NCBI GenBank assembly: GCA_964016885.1
Contig: OZ024741.1
Coordinates: 202,430,001 to 202,494,000 of the forward strand
Length of the DNA stretch: 64,000 nucleotides
DNA from: Eledone cirrhosa
Lineage: Eukaryota
Reading direction: 5' to 3'
Shown here: positions 52,078-64,000 of the stretch, in pieces
Position numbering within the stretch: the stretch's first letter is position 1
How the letters are laid out: each line of letters starts with the position of its first letter
The notes under the pieces: generated by a model
What the model was told of the DNA's origin: nothing
Seen by the model: the letters and a program-made list of their open reading frames with translations, nothing else
The model's database searches: none
Position numbers and translations under genes: made by a program

Positions 52078-55000
52078 CAATGTTTCATCCTTTGGGGAAG
52101 CAACCATCCCAAGTGTGCCTGAGGAGACAACACTTTCTGCTCTCATGTGTCCTCAATCCTCTATCCCTGAGGCCAGCACAAAGCATTTATGTGACCGTGT
52201 AAGCACCAAACTAATCAGGGATGATGTCTCAGTCAAGGTCAGAGTAGTTGCTTCAGAAGACACCATTCTCAATACCACTGAAGAGGTCTTGGCTGCTCTT
52301 CAGCCCAAGCATCCTGAGCCACCAACAGATCTCAGACCCATACCTCTACCTTATCCTTACCTGCTATATGTGGCATCAGATGCAAACATATTGTTTGCCA
52401 TCATGTCCTTCTCTGCTAGCAGCAACAGAGGTACTGATGATCTCTGACCTGGCCACCTTTAAAGTGTTGTTATCCCCCCTATCAGCCGAAGCCCAGTTTC
52501 TGAGTGCAATTGTGACATTCATCCATGGCACCCTAGACCCTTACGACCGAGGCCAATTCTTTTCAGCCAGCCTGACTGCTCTCCGGAAGAGGGTGGCATA
52601 TGCCCTATCGCTGTGGGTAATATCTTCCAGAGGCTGGCTGCTAAGGTGGTCTGCTGGTTCATCACACCTGAACTGGGTGAGGAGCTCAGCCTGATGCATG
52701 TCTTCAACAGCTGTCCACCGGAATTGGCATCAAGGGATGCCATGCATCTCATTGTCAAGCTTGACCATGAGGAATGCCTTTGTCTACATCGTGACCATCT
52801 GCTTGAATCCTTGCCCTCAGCTGAGCCCCTACCTACTTGTTGTATGGAGCCCCGAGCATGCTCTTTGTTGCTGACATGATCATACATTCAGCCATTGGGG
52901 TTCAACAAGGTGACCCTTTGAGGCCCTCTTGTCATTGATCTCAGGATAGACCACATTGCTTGTTTGGTACCTGGATGATGCCATGATAGATGGGCCTGTA
53001 GAGATTGTCTGTCATGACCTGCAATCGATGGTTCCTGTTCTGGCAAGAATCAGCCTCGAGGTAAACTTGAAGTTGGAGGTGGTGAATGTCAACTACGACG
53101 TAGAGGGCTTTGCAGCCTCCATCTCAGATGTGCGATTCATTCTCCACCAGGTGCAGGTGATCCTAAAAGAGGATATTTTCATCCTTCCGTTGGCCATGTG
53201 TTCCACTATCAGGTTCAGACCACCATACCTGTTAGAAACGGTGGCCTTGGTCTCCGGTCTCTGGTCATGTTGGCTTTGCCAGTGTTTCTTTCATCGTTAA
53301 CCTGTTGCCATGTCCTCATCAACAGCGTTCTCCACAAAACAATGTGATTGAGGATCACGAGGTCACCTGTGAGACTTGGAACAGGGTCGGACTTCACCTG
53401 TAGCTGTCCCTCCTCCTCTTCCCCCTGTAGACGTCAAATCCCGCCAGAGCATATCGGATGCCATCCAGTGTGGCATGGCCTTGGACAAGCTAGCACCCCA
53501 GCTTGACCAGCACCACCTCGGTGCCTGGCTCAATCCCTTATCCTCCTTTTCGACTGGCACGCAGCTGGATAATAATAGACGGCATGACTATCTTCCCGTT
53601 CCGTATTGGTAAACCTCTCATCTGGGATGCCAGATGCAGTGACACTTTCTCCAGAGGCAACCTGGCACAGTCTGGAACTAATATAGGCTCTGCTGCACTT
53701 CGGGCCGAGGAGGGTAGACTCTCCAAATATCGGACACTCTCCGACAGGTTTGCGGTCGAGCCAGTAACAATGGAAACTTCTGGTGTCCTTGGCCCTAGGA
53801 TCATCTCCCTCTCACCACCATCGGCATGGAGTTGGCTATCCGCAGGTGTGATCCTCGCGAGGTGGAATGGCTCTTCCAGCGCGAATCCCTCATCCTCCTC
53901 CCTTGAAACGCCTTCTCTATTCTGTACGGCGGGGCTGCGGGCGGCCAGCACGTGGACTACCAATTGCTTATAATAGTGGGAGATGGCGAGCGCAAGAGAC
54001 GAAGGCAGTGAGTGAAAGAGAGAACATCAACGCACACACGCACTCGATAAGGCAACGGTAGATGTTATTTACCTAATTGTTTATCAACAAGAGCCAGGGT
54101 CAAACATACGATTAAGTGGGTCTGTTCATTCCTGAGGATAATTGTATGTTGCTTTTTCAAGAGTACGCAGACAGTTAGATGTAACAATTAAAGTATTGAA
54201 CACTGATAGGCGAGGTAATAAAACTGTGACAAAGAACATCGTATGCAAAGAGAGATTAATATAATTCTGAGTTAAAGAGTTGCAAGTTGCAATGGGACTG
54301 AAACTATCACGTAAATATAAACATTCTGTATATTCTCTATATCGTTTTGTGTAAATTAATCGTATAAAAAGTAAAGTAATTACGATAAAATATTGTGTAT
54401 TAAAGAATATGCAATTATATGATGATCTTGCAGCTTCAATAGAATTTACTACTAACGAATGATATGTATAGAATAGATTTTTTTATGTATTTCATTTTCA
54501 CTTAGAGGCGAAGAAAAATTAATAAGGTAGAAAAGTAAGAAAAAGTAAGGTAGAAAAAAAAATACAAGTAGGTAATACACAAGTCTTGGACCACATCAAA
54601 ACAAGCGAAACGGGTGGACAAACGAACCGCTGCAAGGGTTGTTATTGTATATTTTATTGTACAAGCAATAATAAGATTTATATGCAATGAAAATGCAAAC
54701 CATCCTTTGTTTCTGAAATAGCTCCTCTTAATTTATTTCGTTCCGTGGAATTTCCACGGTTACTGCTAGTTTTAATTATTTGATGACATTTTTAGTGAGT
54801 AGTCACAAGTAGCTTTGGCAACCCTTACCTGTGTTGCAGTACGTCTGTAATAAAATGACAATATATTTAAACTGACCAATGAAAATCTAATAATTCCATT
54901 TCTGCCATTCTCTCTATTCCGGAAGTAGCAATTTTAGGCAATTTGTCAGCTTCAATTGTTAATCACATTTTGGTTTGCTTTATTTCTTATTTTTAAAAAA

Positions 55001-55639
55001 TGTATTAAATTGTGAAGCCAAATAAGAGTAGTCAGTTTCACAGACGACGGTCTTCTACATAGTTTTCCTCTACCAAATTTCATGCACAAGGTATATTTCA
55101 TTTTAATACTTTACTGTTACATCAATCTATAATATGCACGTCTGTCTTGGTTGTCAAATTTATATTTTGTAAGTATAAATCATATCATTTATTATTTAAA
55201 GTGTCAACACAATATAATAAAATGCAAGTTGTTTATTATAGTCCATTTTATGAGTATATTGTACATATGAACACAGTTTATAAAATAAATATAATTTACA
55301 AAGAGAAAAGAAAATTGAGGGGAAAAAGCGGGCTAAGACATGAACCTTTAATTACATGAGGGAATGTTGGTGTTACGTTAAAAAAAATGTTTGAGACAGG
55401 CTAAGACAGTTACAACGTTACTGTAGGTCAGAGGTTCTCAAACCTTTTGCGTAATGCCCCCACCTCTATAGAGACCTGCCTACATGCAAAATGATATATA
55501 ATAAATAAAATCGTTAATTTATATATAATAAATAATATATATACTATGTATAAATAAATATTTTGTTTTAGTAATTTATATATATGTATCCTTTGATATT
55601 CAATATACTATTATATCATATGTCTACGATACTATAATA

Positions 55640-56020
55640 ATTGTTTCTACTTTTGGCACAAAGCCAGCAATTAATCCAGTGTATTACTGATACTTACGAC
55701 CTCGTAAGGATGAAAGGCAAAGTTAACCTCGGCCTGATTTGATCTCAGACCATAAAGGGCCGTAACTCTTTGCTGCAAAGCATGGCGTCCGACCCTCTAC
55801 CGATACTACCAATCCACCGCCATATACTATAATAATATAATTTTTTCTACTTTTGGCACAAGGCCAGCAATTAACCAGTGCATTACTGGTACTTTATTTT
55901 ATCGACGCCGTAAGGATGAAAAGCAAAGTTAACCTCGGCGGGATTTGATCTCAGAATGGCAAGGGGCCTAACTCTATGCGTCAAAGCATGGCGTCCGACC
56001 CTCTACCGATACTGCCATTC
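55640..56020 (-). mobile_element. Two tandem tRNA-derived SINE copies
   Basis: Family matches at ~55640-55821 and ~55843-56020. Confidence 0.9.
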
Positions 56021-56046
56021 CAATAACAATATAATAATATTATAAA

Positions 56047-57590
56047 CTAGCAGTGGTACCCGGCGTTGCACGGGATAAGGTATTTTGGAACGCGGACAGC
56101 CAACACACCTAATCGTGGAAAAACTGCATACCTCGACAATATGTAAAGAAAATAAACTGAATAGTCTGATGGCTGGATAATCTTTAAGATTTCCCTCGAT
56201 GAAGCAGGAAAAATGCAGGTTTTCACCTAATGCGGGCCCTAGGGCATCAAGAAAATGAATTTTTTTTATGTGCATAATATGCCTTGAAATTTCAGGAAAA
56301 TCGGCTAGACATACCGCCTAAAAAGGGCCCCAAAAAGCAGAAAAAGTGAAGTTTTTCACCTAATGCGGGCCCTAGGCCCTAAAAAAGTTGGATTGTTTTT
56401 GCTCACGGTATGAAGAAGAGACTGACTAATACATAGTTACAATTTCAAGGAAATCGGTCTGACGTAACGCCTCAAAATACCCCCAAAAAGCTGAAGAAAC
56501 GCAGTTTTTCACCTAATGTGGGCCCTAGGGGATCAAAAAGTTGAATTTTTTATGTGCATAACAATCCCTGAAATATAACGCGGGCCGCCAACAGACCTAA
56601 TCGTGAAAGAACTGCATGCCTGGACAATATGTAAAGAAAATAAACCGAATACTCTGATGCAATTAGTATTAGGTATGCTTCTCCTTCCATGGGGAGAACT
56701 TGGTGCTTTTGTACTTTAATAAAGTGGCATGAGTCAGCAGGACAGATGTCACCACTTATGTCAGAGGGAAGTCTGCAATGCTTGAGCAAGGCATGACGTG
56801 CAATCGGACAGCATGTGGAGCCTTCTCGAAGGAGTCCACCGCACCTTAATAAGTAAACGCAACTGGACAAACGTTTACCAAACTGTGGCTATAATTTAAC
56901 AAATTTAAAGAGGAATGGTGCAATAAAATGGGCCCCGAGCATCTGCGCGTTCACTGGCAGCTCTAAATGAAAGGGTCGTGATCAGCTATTTCAAGGGCCC
57001 TTTAAAGGGCTGTGTAAGCCATTCACTGACACCCCAGTAAGGAGAGGTAACCATCAACAATTTCAAGTGGGGGCTCTAAAAAGGGCCATGTGAGCGTTCA
57101 CTTGTAGCCTTTGACTGCGTTCTCTGACATTTGAAGGAGGGTGTTACGGTTGCTTCCACTGGTAGCCTTTAGAAGGAATCAGAATGCGTTCGTGGTCTGT
57201 TTAACAGCCATACATTGACGCGCCGAGTGCGATGCAGACAGCCAGACATACAGACAGATATTATAAGGGCGCGTTCTGGACTAAGAGGGAATTGTGGGAA
57301 GTGACGTAATGCAGACATCAGACATACAGACAAATGTTATAAGGGCGCGACGTTATATGTATGTATCTATCTAAAAAGAGAAAGACTAAGAATTATAGAG
57401 ATAGATCGCTAAATTGCATAATGCGGTCCCTAGGGCATTGAAAATTTGAAATTTTTTTTTGGCTCAGAACGCTGCCTGAAACAAGTATTACATGTGTAAA
57501 GTTTGAAAGCAGTCGGTTGGGTGCTTCTCGAGTTTTAGGGATTCAAACACACACACACACAGCCAGACATCCTCAGTTTATATATATAGA
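56047..57590 (-). mobile_element. Complete non-autonomous Helitron, 1544 bp
   Basis: A|TCTATATA start at 57590; cccgtgcaacgccggg hairpin and CTAG|T end at 56047; no TSD; internal gttttcacctaatgcgggccctagg repeats. Confidence 0.92.
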
Positions 57591-59684
57591 TGATAAATTC
57601 ATAGCGTCCCCAATCCACTGCCAAAAAAGAGACTTTTCTACATATGCAAATATGCACAGATTTACAACGCATATTGGAGAAGTCAATAGTATACCATTAA
57701 AACAGCCCATCCAGATAGGTTTTTAGGGAGGGGGTTCCATGAGAATGATGAGTTTGGTGAAGTGAAAGTATCCTCTCAATCTCAGGCTGAATTGTACTAA
57801 GTCAGATCTCCATGATCCATAATTCAGAGCTTGCACTGCTGTTTCGTAAGAAGGCGAGAAACTGCACTGAATCCTCTCTCAACCAAATATGATGTTGAAA
57901 AGGCAATGAATAGCCCTTGCGGAATTTGGGCTTCAATTCAATGTCATTTCTAACATTCCGCTCTCTTCTCCACATAGGTTAACGAAAGGGTTGACAATCC
58001 ATTCAGGGACTTGAAGGGCAAACAAATCGTGAAATCGTTGCACCATATCTTTGTGCAGTTCAGTGAGCTGGGAACAAAAGACAGGCAGATCTTCGTCTGG
58101 AAGTTTTCCGTCCGTTTCAAATGCAGACAAGCAAGGAAACTAGAAAAACTCCCTGCATCCATTGTTGCCCTTGTACATAAGTTTAGCTTGAAATTTTGAG
58201 ATGGTTGACTTCATTTAGATGAGATTAACACCATCTCCTTGCAGCTGCTTATTCACTTCATTGAATTTAGTGAATAAGTCAGACAAGTATGCAATATCCT
58301 TCTTCATGCTTTTAAGCCTCTCACTAATTTCAAGGATGGCGGTATCAAAGAACTCCTTTACTGAATCAAACAATGTGTAAAATCGATTGAGACAATTTCC
58401 TCTTGATAACCTCCTTACCAGCAAGTTTTGGAAATCGTCATTATTTTCAAGGCAAAGCTGTCGAAACAGACGTGAGTTCAGAGCATGAGCCTTTATTTTA
58501 TTCTTGTGATGACCGTGTTTAGGGAATCGTGAAGACAACCAGAGTTTTCGTGCAACAATATGCTGTTGTGAATCACGCAGCGCATCGTGAAGATATCGGA
58601 TAGACTGACTTTGAGATAATTGATGAATCCGCAATCATTGCCTGCCAAAGTAGACTCGTCTAACTGCAAGCTAAATTCTGTTTTCTTCAGAATTGTGCAG
58701 AGTTGTTCTTCGCTGTCTCCTGCCATTTCATCAACCCTCCTCTGAACAGTGCTATTACTCAGAAGAATAGCTTTGATAATTGGCTCTGGTGCCCTGTGTA
58801 CCACTCTCTTTATGACTTCTTTTACAGCTGGAAAATTAGCTGTTCTCCTTTTGTGTGAGGTCTGTGGATTTCACAATTAGAAGTGAGAAGTGTGCAAACT
58901 ATCATTAAACTGATTGTATGAACTTTTGAATGTTTTCAGCTTGTAAATATTATCTAGAAGAGATTGAAAATAATAAAAAAAATGTTTTGCTTTATCAGAA
59001 TGCATCTTGCTCAAATGTTCCTGAAGCTTTGATGGTTTCATCGCTTCATTTGCAAAGTAGACACTATGGTTGCTTTTTGCAAAGTAGACACTATGGTTGC
59101 TGTTGGTTATGTGGAGCTGCAATAGACCCATACTTCAGGTAGTCGACACTATACTGCCTACACTTTTTTAGACAGGGTTGATGAAGCCATAGTTTTGTTC
59201 TGAAAATGTTACATGTCAAAGCTGGCTTGGCACATGTAATTTGGATTGAAAAGTTATATATACAGATATTGAATTAAAAAAATCTAACCTCCCATTTTAC
59301 ATCTACTTTCCACACTAGCATGTGTTGGACGGATTGTCAGTCTTAGACCAAACATATCGGAGCAACCTCATCTTCCACTTCAAGTGTTTGACACTTTTTT
59401 TATACAACTCTCATTCTCCTTTTGTATCACATGTCTATATCAGTGCAATCATCACTCTTGCACAGTATATTCAATTAACATTTTCTCTCAACTCACTTGT
59501 GCTCTGTTGTTCACATACACTAATAGTCTGACCATTTATACATAAATCTAACATGGAAGTATACATAATTGTAATAATAGAGATATGTATAGAAGCATAT
59601 ACAATAGGTATAACAAACATACATAAATCTCACTTTGGTCATTTCAAAGCGACCTCAGTAACTATGTGAGAATGCCAAATATTA

Positions 59685-60907
59685 CAGGGATGCTTAGTTC
59701 TTTGAGGACATATCTTTTGATAGTTCTAATGTTTTTCTAACTTGTTCTGATCATTACTTCTTTTCAGATAAAAGATGACAAACATCAAGCGAACTCAGCG
59801 AAATTAAAAGGCATATTGTAATAATTGTCTTAAAGGCAGACCATAGTGATTTAGAGATAGCTCGGTTCTTGAAAGTTGCACGGTCGTTTGTTAAAGTTTG
59901 CTAAAAGCTGGAAGCTGCTGACAGTGATTCTGCAGCAGTAGCCAAACGTAAACTGCCTGTTGATGGTCCTAACACCATCAGAACAACCACATTTGTATGA
60001 AAGGTGCAGCAAATTATCGATAAGAATTCCAATTAGCGATAAGAAAGTCAATTAGCGCTATTGCTAAGGAGCTTAAGGTTTCAAGGCACACTATCGGAAT
60101 AATTGTGCTTGAGGACCTTCGATACAAGTCGTGTGATGCGGAGAGGCTGGTTGATGTCTACAAAGGCAAATGATAACTGTCTGTTCTGTGCAAAGAGCTT
60201 GTTGGCAAGTCGAAACATCAAAAGCTTTTTCTCTCATGAGAAGGAATGACATGGTTGTGCAGAGACCTTTAAGATGTTCCACTGGTCATGCACACAGTTT
60301 CCAGCAGTGATGGTTCTGGGAGTCATGAGTAATAAGAGAGATGTCAAACTTCCTTACTTCTTTCCTTAAGGGTCAATACTACTGACTATAAGATGTTGGA
60401 GAGGGTTCTGATGCCTTGGATACAGAGCATGCACAAAAGACGACCGCGCACCTACCAACAGTACTGAGCTGTCTCATAAGATCAAGACAACGCAAGAATG
60501 AATGAGTTAAATCTCCATGTCATGCCAAACATATGACCACCTGGCTCACCAGACCTGAATCCGTTGGATTACTACGTAGGGGGTGTAGTCAAGAGGGAAG
60601 TCAATCAACGCTCCCATAAAAATATAAAATCTCTGAGGTCCTCCATAACTAGCACAATGTCCAAAATAATCATCTGATTGGGACATATCAACGTTTCAAA
60701 CTTCGTATTAAAGCAGTCTTCATTGAGTAGATGTGCTCAGAAAAGTTTCGAGATTATTCATGTCATTTTTTTCTGAACTAAAGAACTTCTTTCATGATTT
60801 AAGTGTCTTTTACTTAATTCATGCAAATGTCCTCAAAAAACTAAACATCACATTTCTTCCTATCTCAGGCAGTTCTTCCTACGTGATGCAGTTTGCCCAC
60901 ATCCCTG
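59685..60907 (+). mobile_element. maT/DD37D-like Tc1-mariner element, decayed
   Basis: TA|cagggatgcttagttctttgaggacat TIR with inverted copy at ~60826-60849; HSDLEIARFLKV, VMVLGVMSN, PPGSPDLNPLDYYV. Confidence 0.85.
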
Positions 60908-61289
60908 TCACACCCATGTCTGGAGCAGAATTCAGATATTAATTCAAATGTGCCAAAATCTATTCGGGTTGAGATGCTGATCCTTGATATCATTGTTATA
61001 CAGAGGAAAATATTACTTAATTTTTTATTTCAATATGAGATGATTATTTTTAAGAATAATATTACAAGTTCTAACACACACACATACACATACTCTCTCT
61101 ATCTCTCTCTATATATACTGTTGTCTCCCCACACAAAACAAAGTATTAGGAAAATTGAATTACCTCAAATGTCAATCACATAAAAGATAGACGGCATGAC
61201 AGGCCTTGACAATTGGAGTTGACAAGAAAAGCTCAATCTTTATTCTCTCCAACGCTGCTGTTAACGCTACATTATCTGCATGAGGATGA

Positions 61290-61500
61290 TGATGATGATC
61301 ATCATCGTTTAGCATCTATCTTCCACTCTAGCATGGGTTAGATGGGTTTGTCTCATTTGAGGCAAGTTGGTTGACCGTGTCTTGTTCCTATAGGACTGTT
61401 TCTGGTTGGTTTTCTACGGCTGGATGCCCTTCATAATACCAACCACATTTACAGTGTGGACTGTGTTCTTTTTGTCGTGACACCTACTCGACCACTTTTG
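61290..61500 (-). mobile_element. RTE 3' UTR fragment
   Basis: (CAT)n followed by gcatgggttagatggg...ctggatgccctt family sequence. Confidence 0.8.
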
Positions 61501-61639
61501 TGTATGTGCAGAAACAGTCACTTCCCAAAGGGGAGAAAACCCCACGTTAGAGCGATGCAAGGGATACAACTGTGGATACTCAGAATACTGATAGATTATT
61601 CATGTTATTCAGTCCAGAATATTATAGATGTTCATGTTA

Positions 61640-62670
61640 GTCAATCTGGAACTTTGTAATTACATAACAGGTGTTTCCAGACATGTGGACAACACGAAAA
61701 AAGTTCATTCCTTGAATTAAGACAAGTGCTATTACACAAACTTCTCAGGATATTGATTCTTTCTTCAATGCACAAGATGGATTCCCATTTACGTATGGCT
61801 CAGACTTAGTAATAACTTTCCATTGCATGGAGTAATCCAAGCCTGTGTCCTTGAGGGACCATACATGGCTCGCAAGCTTCGTGGACGAACGTTTGTCTGG
61901 GTATCTGAAGGTCGACAGATCATTTAGGAAGCATTCTTTAAACCGGCCCACTGCCATACCTACATAGGATTCAACCTCTTGTTCATAAATTACAGTGGGT
62001 GTGTTACATTGTTGTTGAAGGGGACAAGTTTCAGACCTTCGGCAAGAGCATCCTGGTGGGGTTCTGCTCTTAGGGCTGTTGGTGATGTGGGCCTTCATAT
62101 TCTTAGCAGTGGAGTATCCTAGTTTCACCCAGTGTCTATTAAAGATGGAACGGTGTCTATCTAAGAAAGCTAAAAAAAATTTACCCACATTAGCTTTAAC
62201 GTTGAGAAGAGGTGGGGGGGGGGGGACAAATTACTTTTCTAGTAGCATGATTTCTTTTCTTATTGTTGTTGGCGTTAGTAGGGGAGTAAGCAATTGGTTG
62301 CGAAAAGCTGCTGTTAATGCCGCGTTGTAGTAGGGTGCTGCTCTGTCAAAGATTGTTTTATTAGAGAAAAGGTTAGAGATTCTAGTGCCAATATTTTTCA
62401 CGAAGTTTCTAAAAACTGTAGGTGGGTGGCATGAGTCCTTGTGTATGTAATTTAGTTTATTAAAGGGTCTTAAGGTGTGTGTGTAAAGATCTGAATTTAT
62501 GTCTAAGTAATCTACTCATTAAAAGTAGTAATTAAATCTTTTTTAAAACGGTTCAGATCATGACAACTTATATGGTTCGATAGGGTCAGACCATCGTCAC
62601 GGTATGAGCCTGTGTGGAAGTTCGGGAATCTAGTTCGTAACATCTAAAATAAGTAAGCCAACCAAGTCGC
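61640..62670 (-). mobile_element. Penelope-like element (YRDD type, possibly Naiad clade): RT C-terminus plus GIY-YIG
   Basis: YRDDGL; CSC...CPL...C....VIY, YVG...FK, TKLASHVWSLKD, LNSRNELFSCCPH..K.LL. Confidence 0.8.
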
Positions 62671-62693
62671 ATACATATATATATATATGAAGT

Positions 62694-62734
<41 letters not shown>

Positions 62735-63019
62735 CGTGAAGTTCTATATCTGGCAACATACAGTATGTTTATAAATAAACATTTTGAAAGCCTTCAGCTA
62801 TGGAGTTTAAAACTGATAGCATAGCGCCTTCTAGTGTGTTCCAACAGAAGCTAAGTACAGGTAACTTAGTGATGATGACGTCATCATTTCTGACTTGGGT
62901 CATTATCAAACTAGTGCTGCCAGCCGCTTACTGCTTGAACTTAATATATGTTAAAACATAGTTTAGAAGCCTATTTACATTGACTAATCAGCCAAACGGC
63001 TGGCTCGGCTGTATATATC

Positions 63020-63960
63020 ATTGTTAATGTCTCTTTTCCATGCTTGTATGGGTCTGACTGGCTCTTAAGTGACCACATTTTGCTCACATGATCCATTTTT
63101 TTTACTCCATTTTCTATTATTGGGTGCCCTTCCTAATACTGGGAGCATTTTGTGTAACATCGCCATTACCAACTTACAGTATGGACTGGGTGCTTTTCTT
63201 TGTGGTGCCAGTACAACCTTACAGGATAGACTTGGCAATTTTTTTTGCCATGGTACTAGCACGACCACCTTACAAGGCGGTCTGGACGCTTTTCGTTGTA
63301 GCTCTAGCCTTATGGGACAGCAAGTGACATGTCATGGGGTTGCCCTTGAAAAGAGGGAATTGCACTTGGTAGTATATTTTGGAGCATGTCCAACCATACA
63401 ATGCATGTTTTTTCAGGCCCTCTACAACAGGTGGTCCTTCCCAATCCCATCCGAACAGTTTATCGCAGTACAAGGCGGTGCATGACGGGTATTGCACATT
63501 GACATGGGTTGGATGAGTATGAAGGGTGGTATTTTTTGTGAGTGGTATGGGCTGGGTATTTCATGCTGGAGAGAGTTGAATGAAGTGCTGTGGGGGCTGT
63601 TTTTTAATGATTGATGAAGTTGGATAAGCAAGGTGTGGATGGAGGAAGTGAGTAGAGTAGGACTAAGTTGAGATATTTAAATAATGAAGGGGTTGAGGAT
63701 GGGAGAATGTGCTCAAAGGAGATTTGTGCAAACTACCACCCTCTTCATGCTCATTTCATCATGGTCTTCATCATCATCTTTTGTGAGGTGGACTTTTAGC
63801 ACATCATTCTAAACTTTCCTAGGTCTTCAGTCAAGAAGTTATCATCCATACACATCCCATGTCCATATTATCACAATTGCCTCTCTTATGCCCAGTTCAT
63901 TGATGCTTTGTCATTAATATACATGACTATTACACATCCATCAAAGGATTCAGCTATAAG
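63020..63960 (-). mobile_element. RTE 3' UTR with repeat array and decayed C-terminus
   Basis: Family 3' UTR motifs; ELGIREAIV..YGHGM remnant near 63860-63900. Confidence 0.65.
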
Positions 63961-64000
63961 GACTAGATAATGGGCATATAGGAGTTCCCTTGAGCAGCTA

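Larger units (their letters stand above)
50722..54082 (+). mobile_element. CRE-like non-LTR retrotransposon (RT plus restriction-like endonuclease), decayed
   Basis: GVQQGDPL, WYLDD, DGMTIFPF..GKPLIWDA.C.DT, AEEGRLSKY, METSGVLG; flanked by ATCAAC at 50716-50721 and 54083-54088. Confidence 0.85.
49315..54769 (+). mobile_element. Internally deleted RepHel-coding Helitron split by nested insertions
   Basis: PQYGQLYIND, LHECNPYVKVYK, YNLPARNEIAVAF; PIF1-type IPR..L.PSD..IPF...R.QFPVR...AMAIN|KSQGQT, LYVAFSRV, TKNIV; 3' hairpin ccgtggaa-t-ttccacgg then CTAG|T at 54766-54770. Confidence 0.9.
55429..59250 (-). mobile_element. hAT Buster/SCAND3-ZBED5-like transposon remnant (transposase ~57740-59190)
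   Basis: KCRQYSVDYLKYG, NEAMKPSKLQEHL, LSNSTVQRRVDEM, FSLQLDEST, NSRLFRQLC, IAYLSDLF; TIR cagaggttctcaaac at 55429; other TIR not found. Confidence 0.88.

Noticed and set aside
57740-59190. Domesticated SCAND3/ZBED5-like host gene
   Set aside because: Many frameshifts, stops and an internal deletion, plus a TIR: a dead transposon
21550-60945. Phase-1 acceptors at ~21555, ~27849, ~54795 and ~60859 as exon 2 of the divergent gene
   Set aside because: Each reaches a stop without a convincing donor or any recognisable protein
61560-61660. SECIS element downstream of the YRDD-type PLE
   Set aside because: ATGA...GA is present but stem pairing is poor and no in-frame TGA at a Cys position is evident

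Overview
AT-rich animal genomic DNA. The tRNA-SINE, RTE-LINE and piggyBac-MITE families resemble those of octopus-like cephalopods, but that assignment is an inference. The only clear host gene is a lysocardiolipin acyltransferase (LCLAT1-like) on the minus strand, with three coding exons (17010-16834, 2506-2308, 1117-1005) in compatible splice phases; it continues off the left edge. A CpG-preserved island (~12.4-19.9 kb) surrounds its start and may be a bidirectional promoter, with a candidate first exon of an unidentified plus-strand gene at 17360-17408. The rest is a dense, nested transposon landscape: RTE, CR1, CRE-like and Penelope-like retroelements (one with hammerhead cores), SINEs, pogo, mariner, maT, hAT and MULE-like DNA elements, and several Helitrons. 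Main highlights: (1) a young 2.64-kb Gypsy element whose primer-binding site is fused to mid-RNase H, creating a new ATG for an intact 536-aa integrase-only ORF; (2) a Helitron-associated segment with three homologous 73-nt intron-like units; (3) a palindromic double head-to-tail Helitron junction; (4) a four-level nested insertion stack that can be resolved by target-site duplications.
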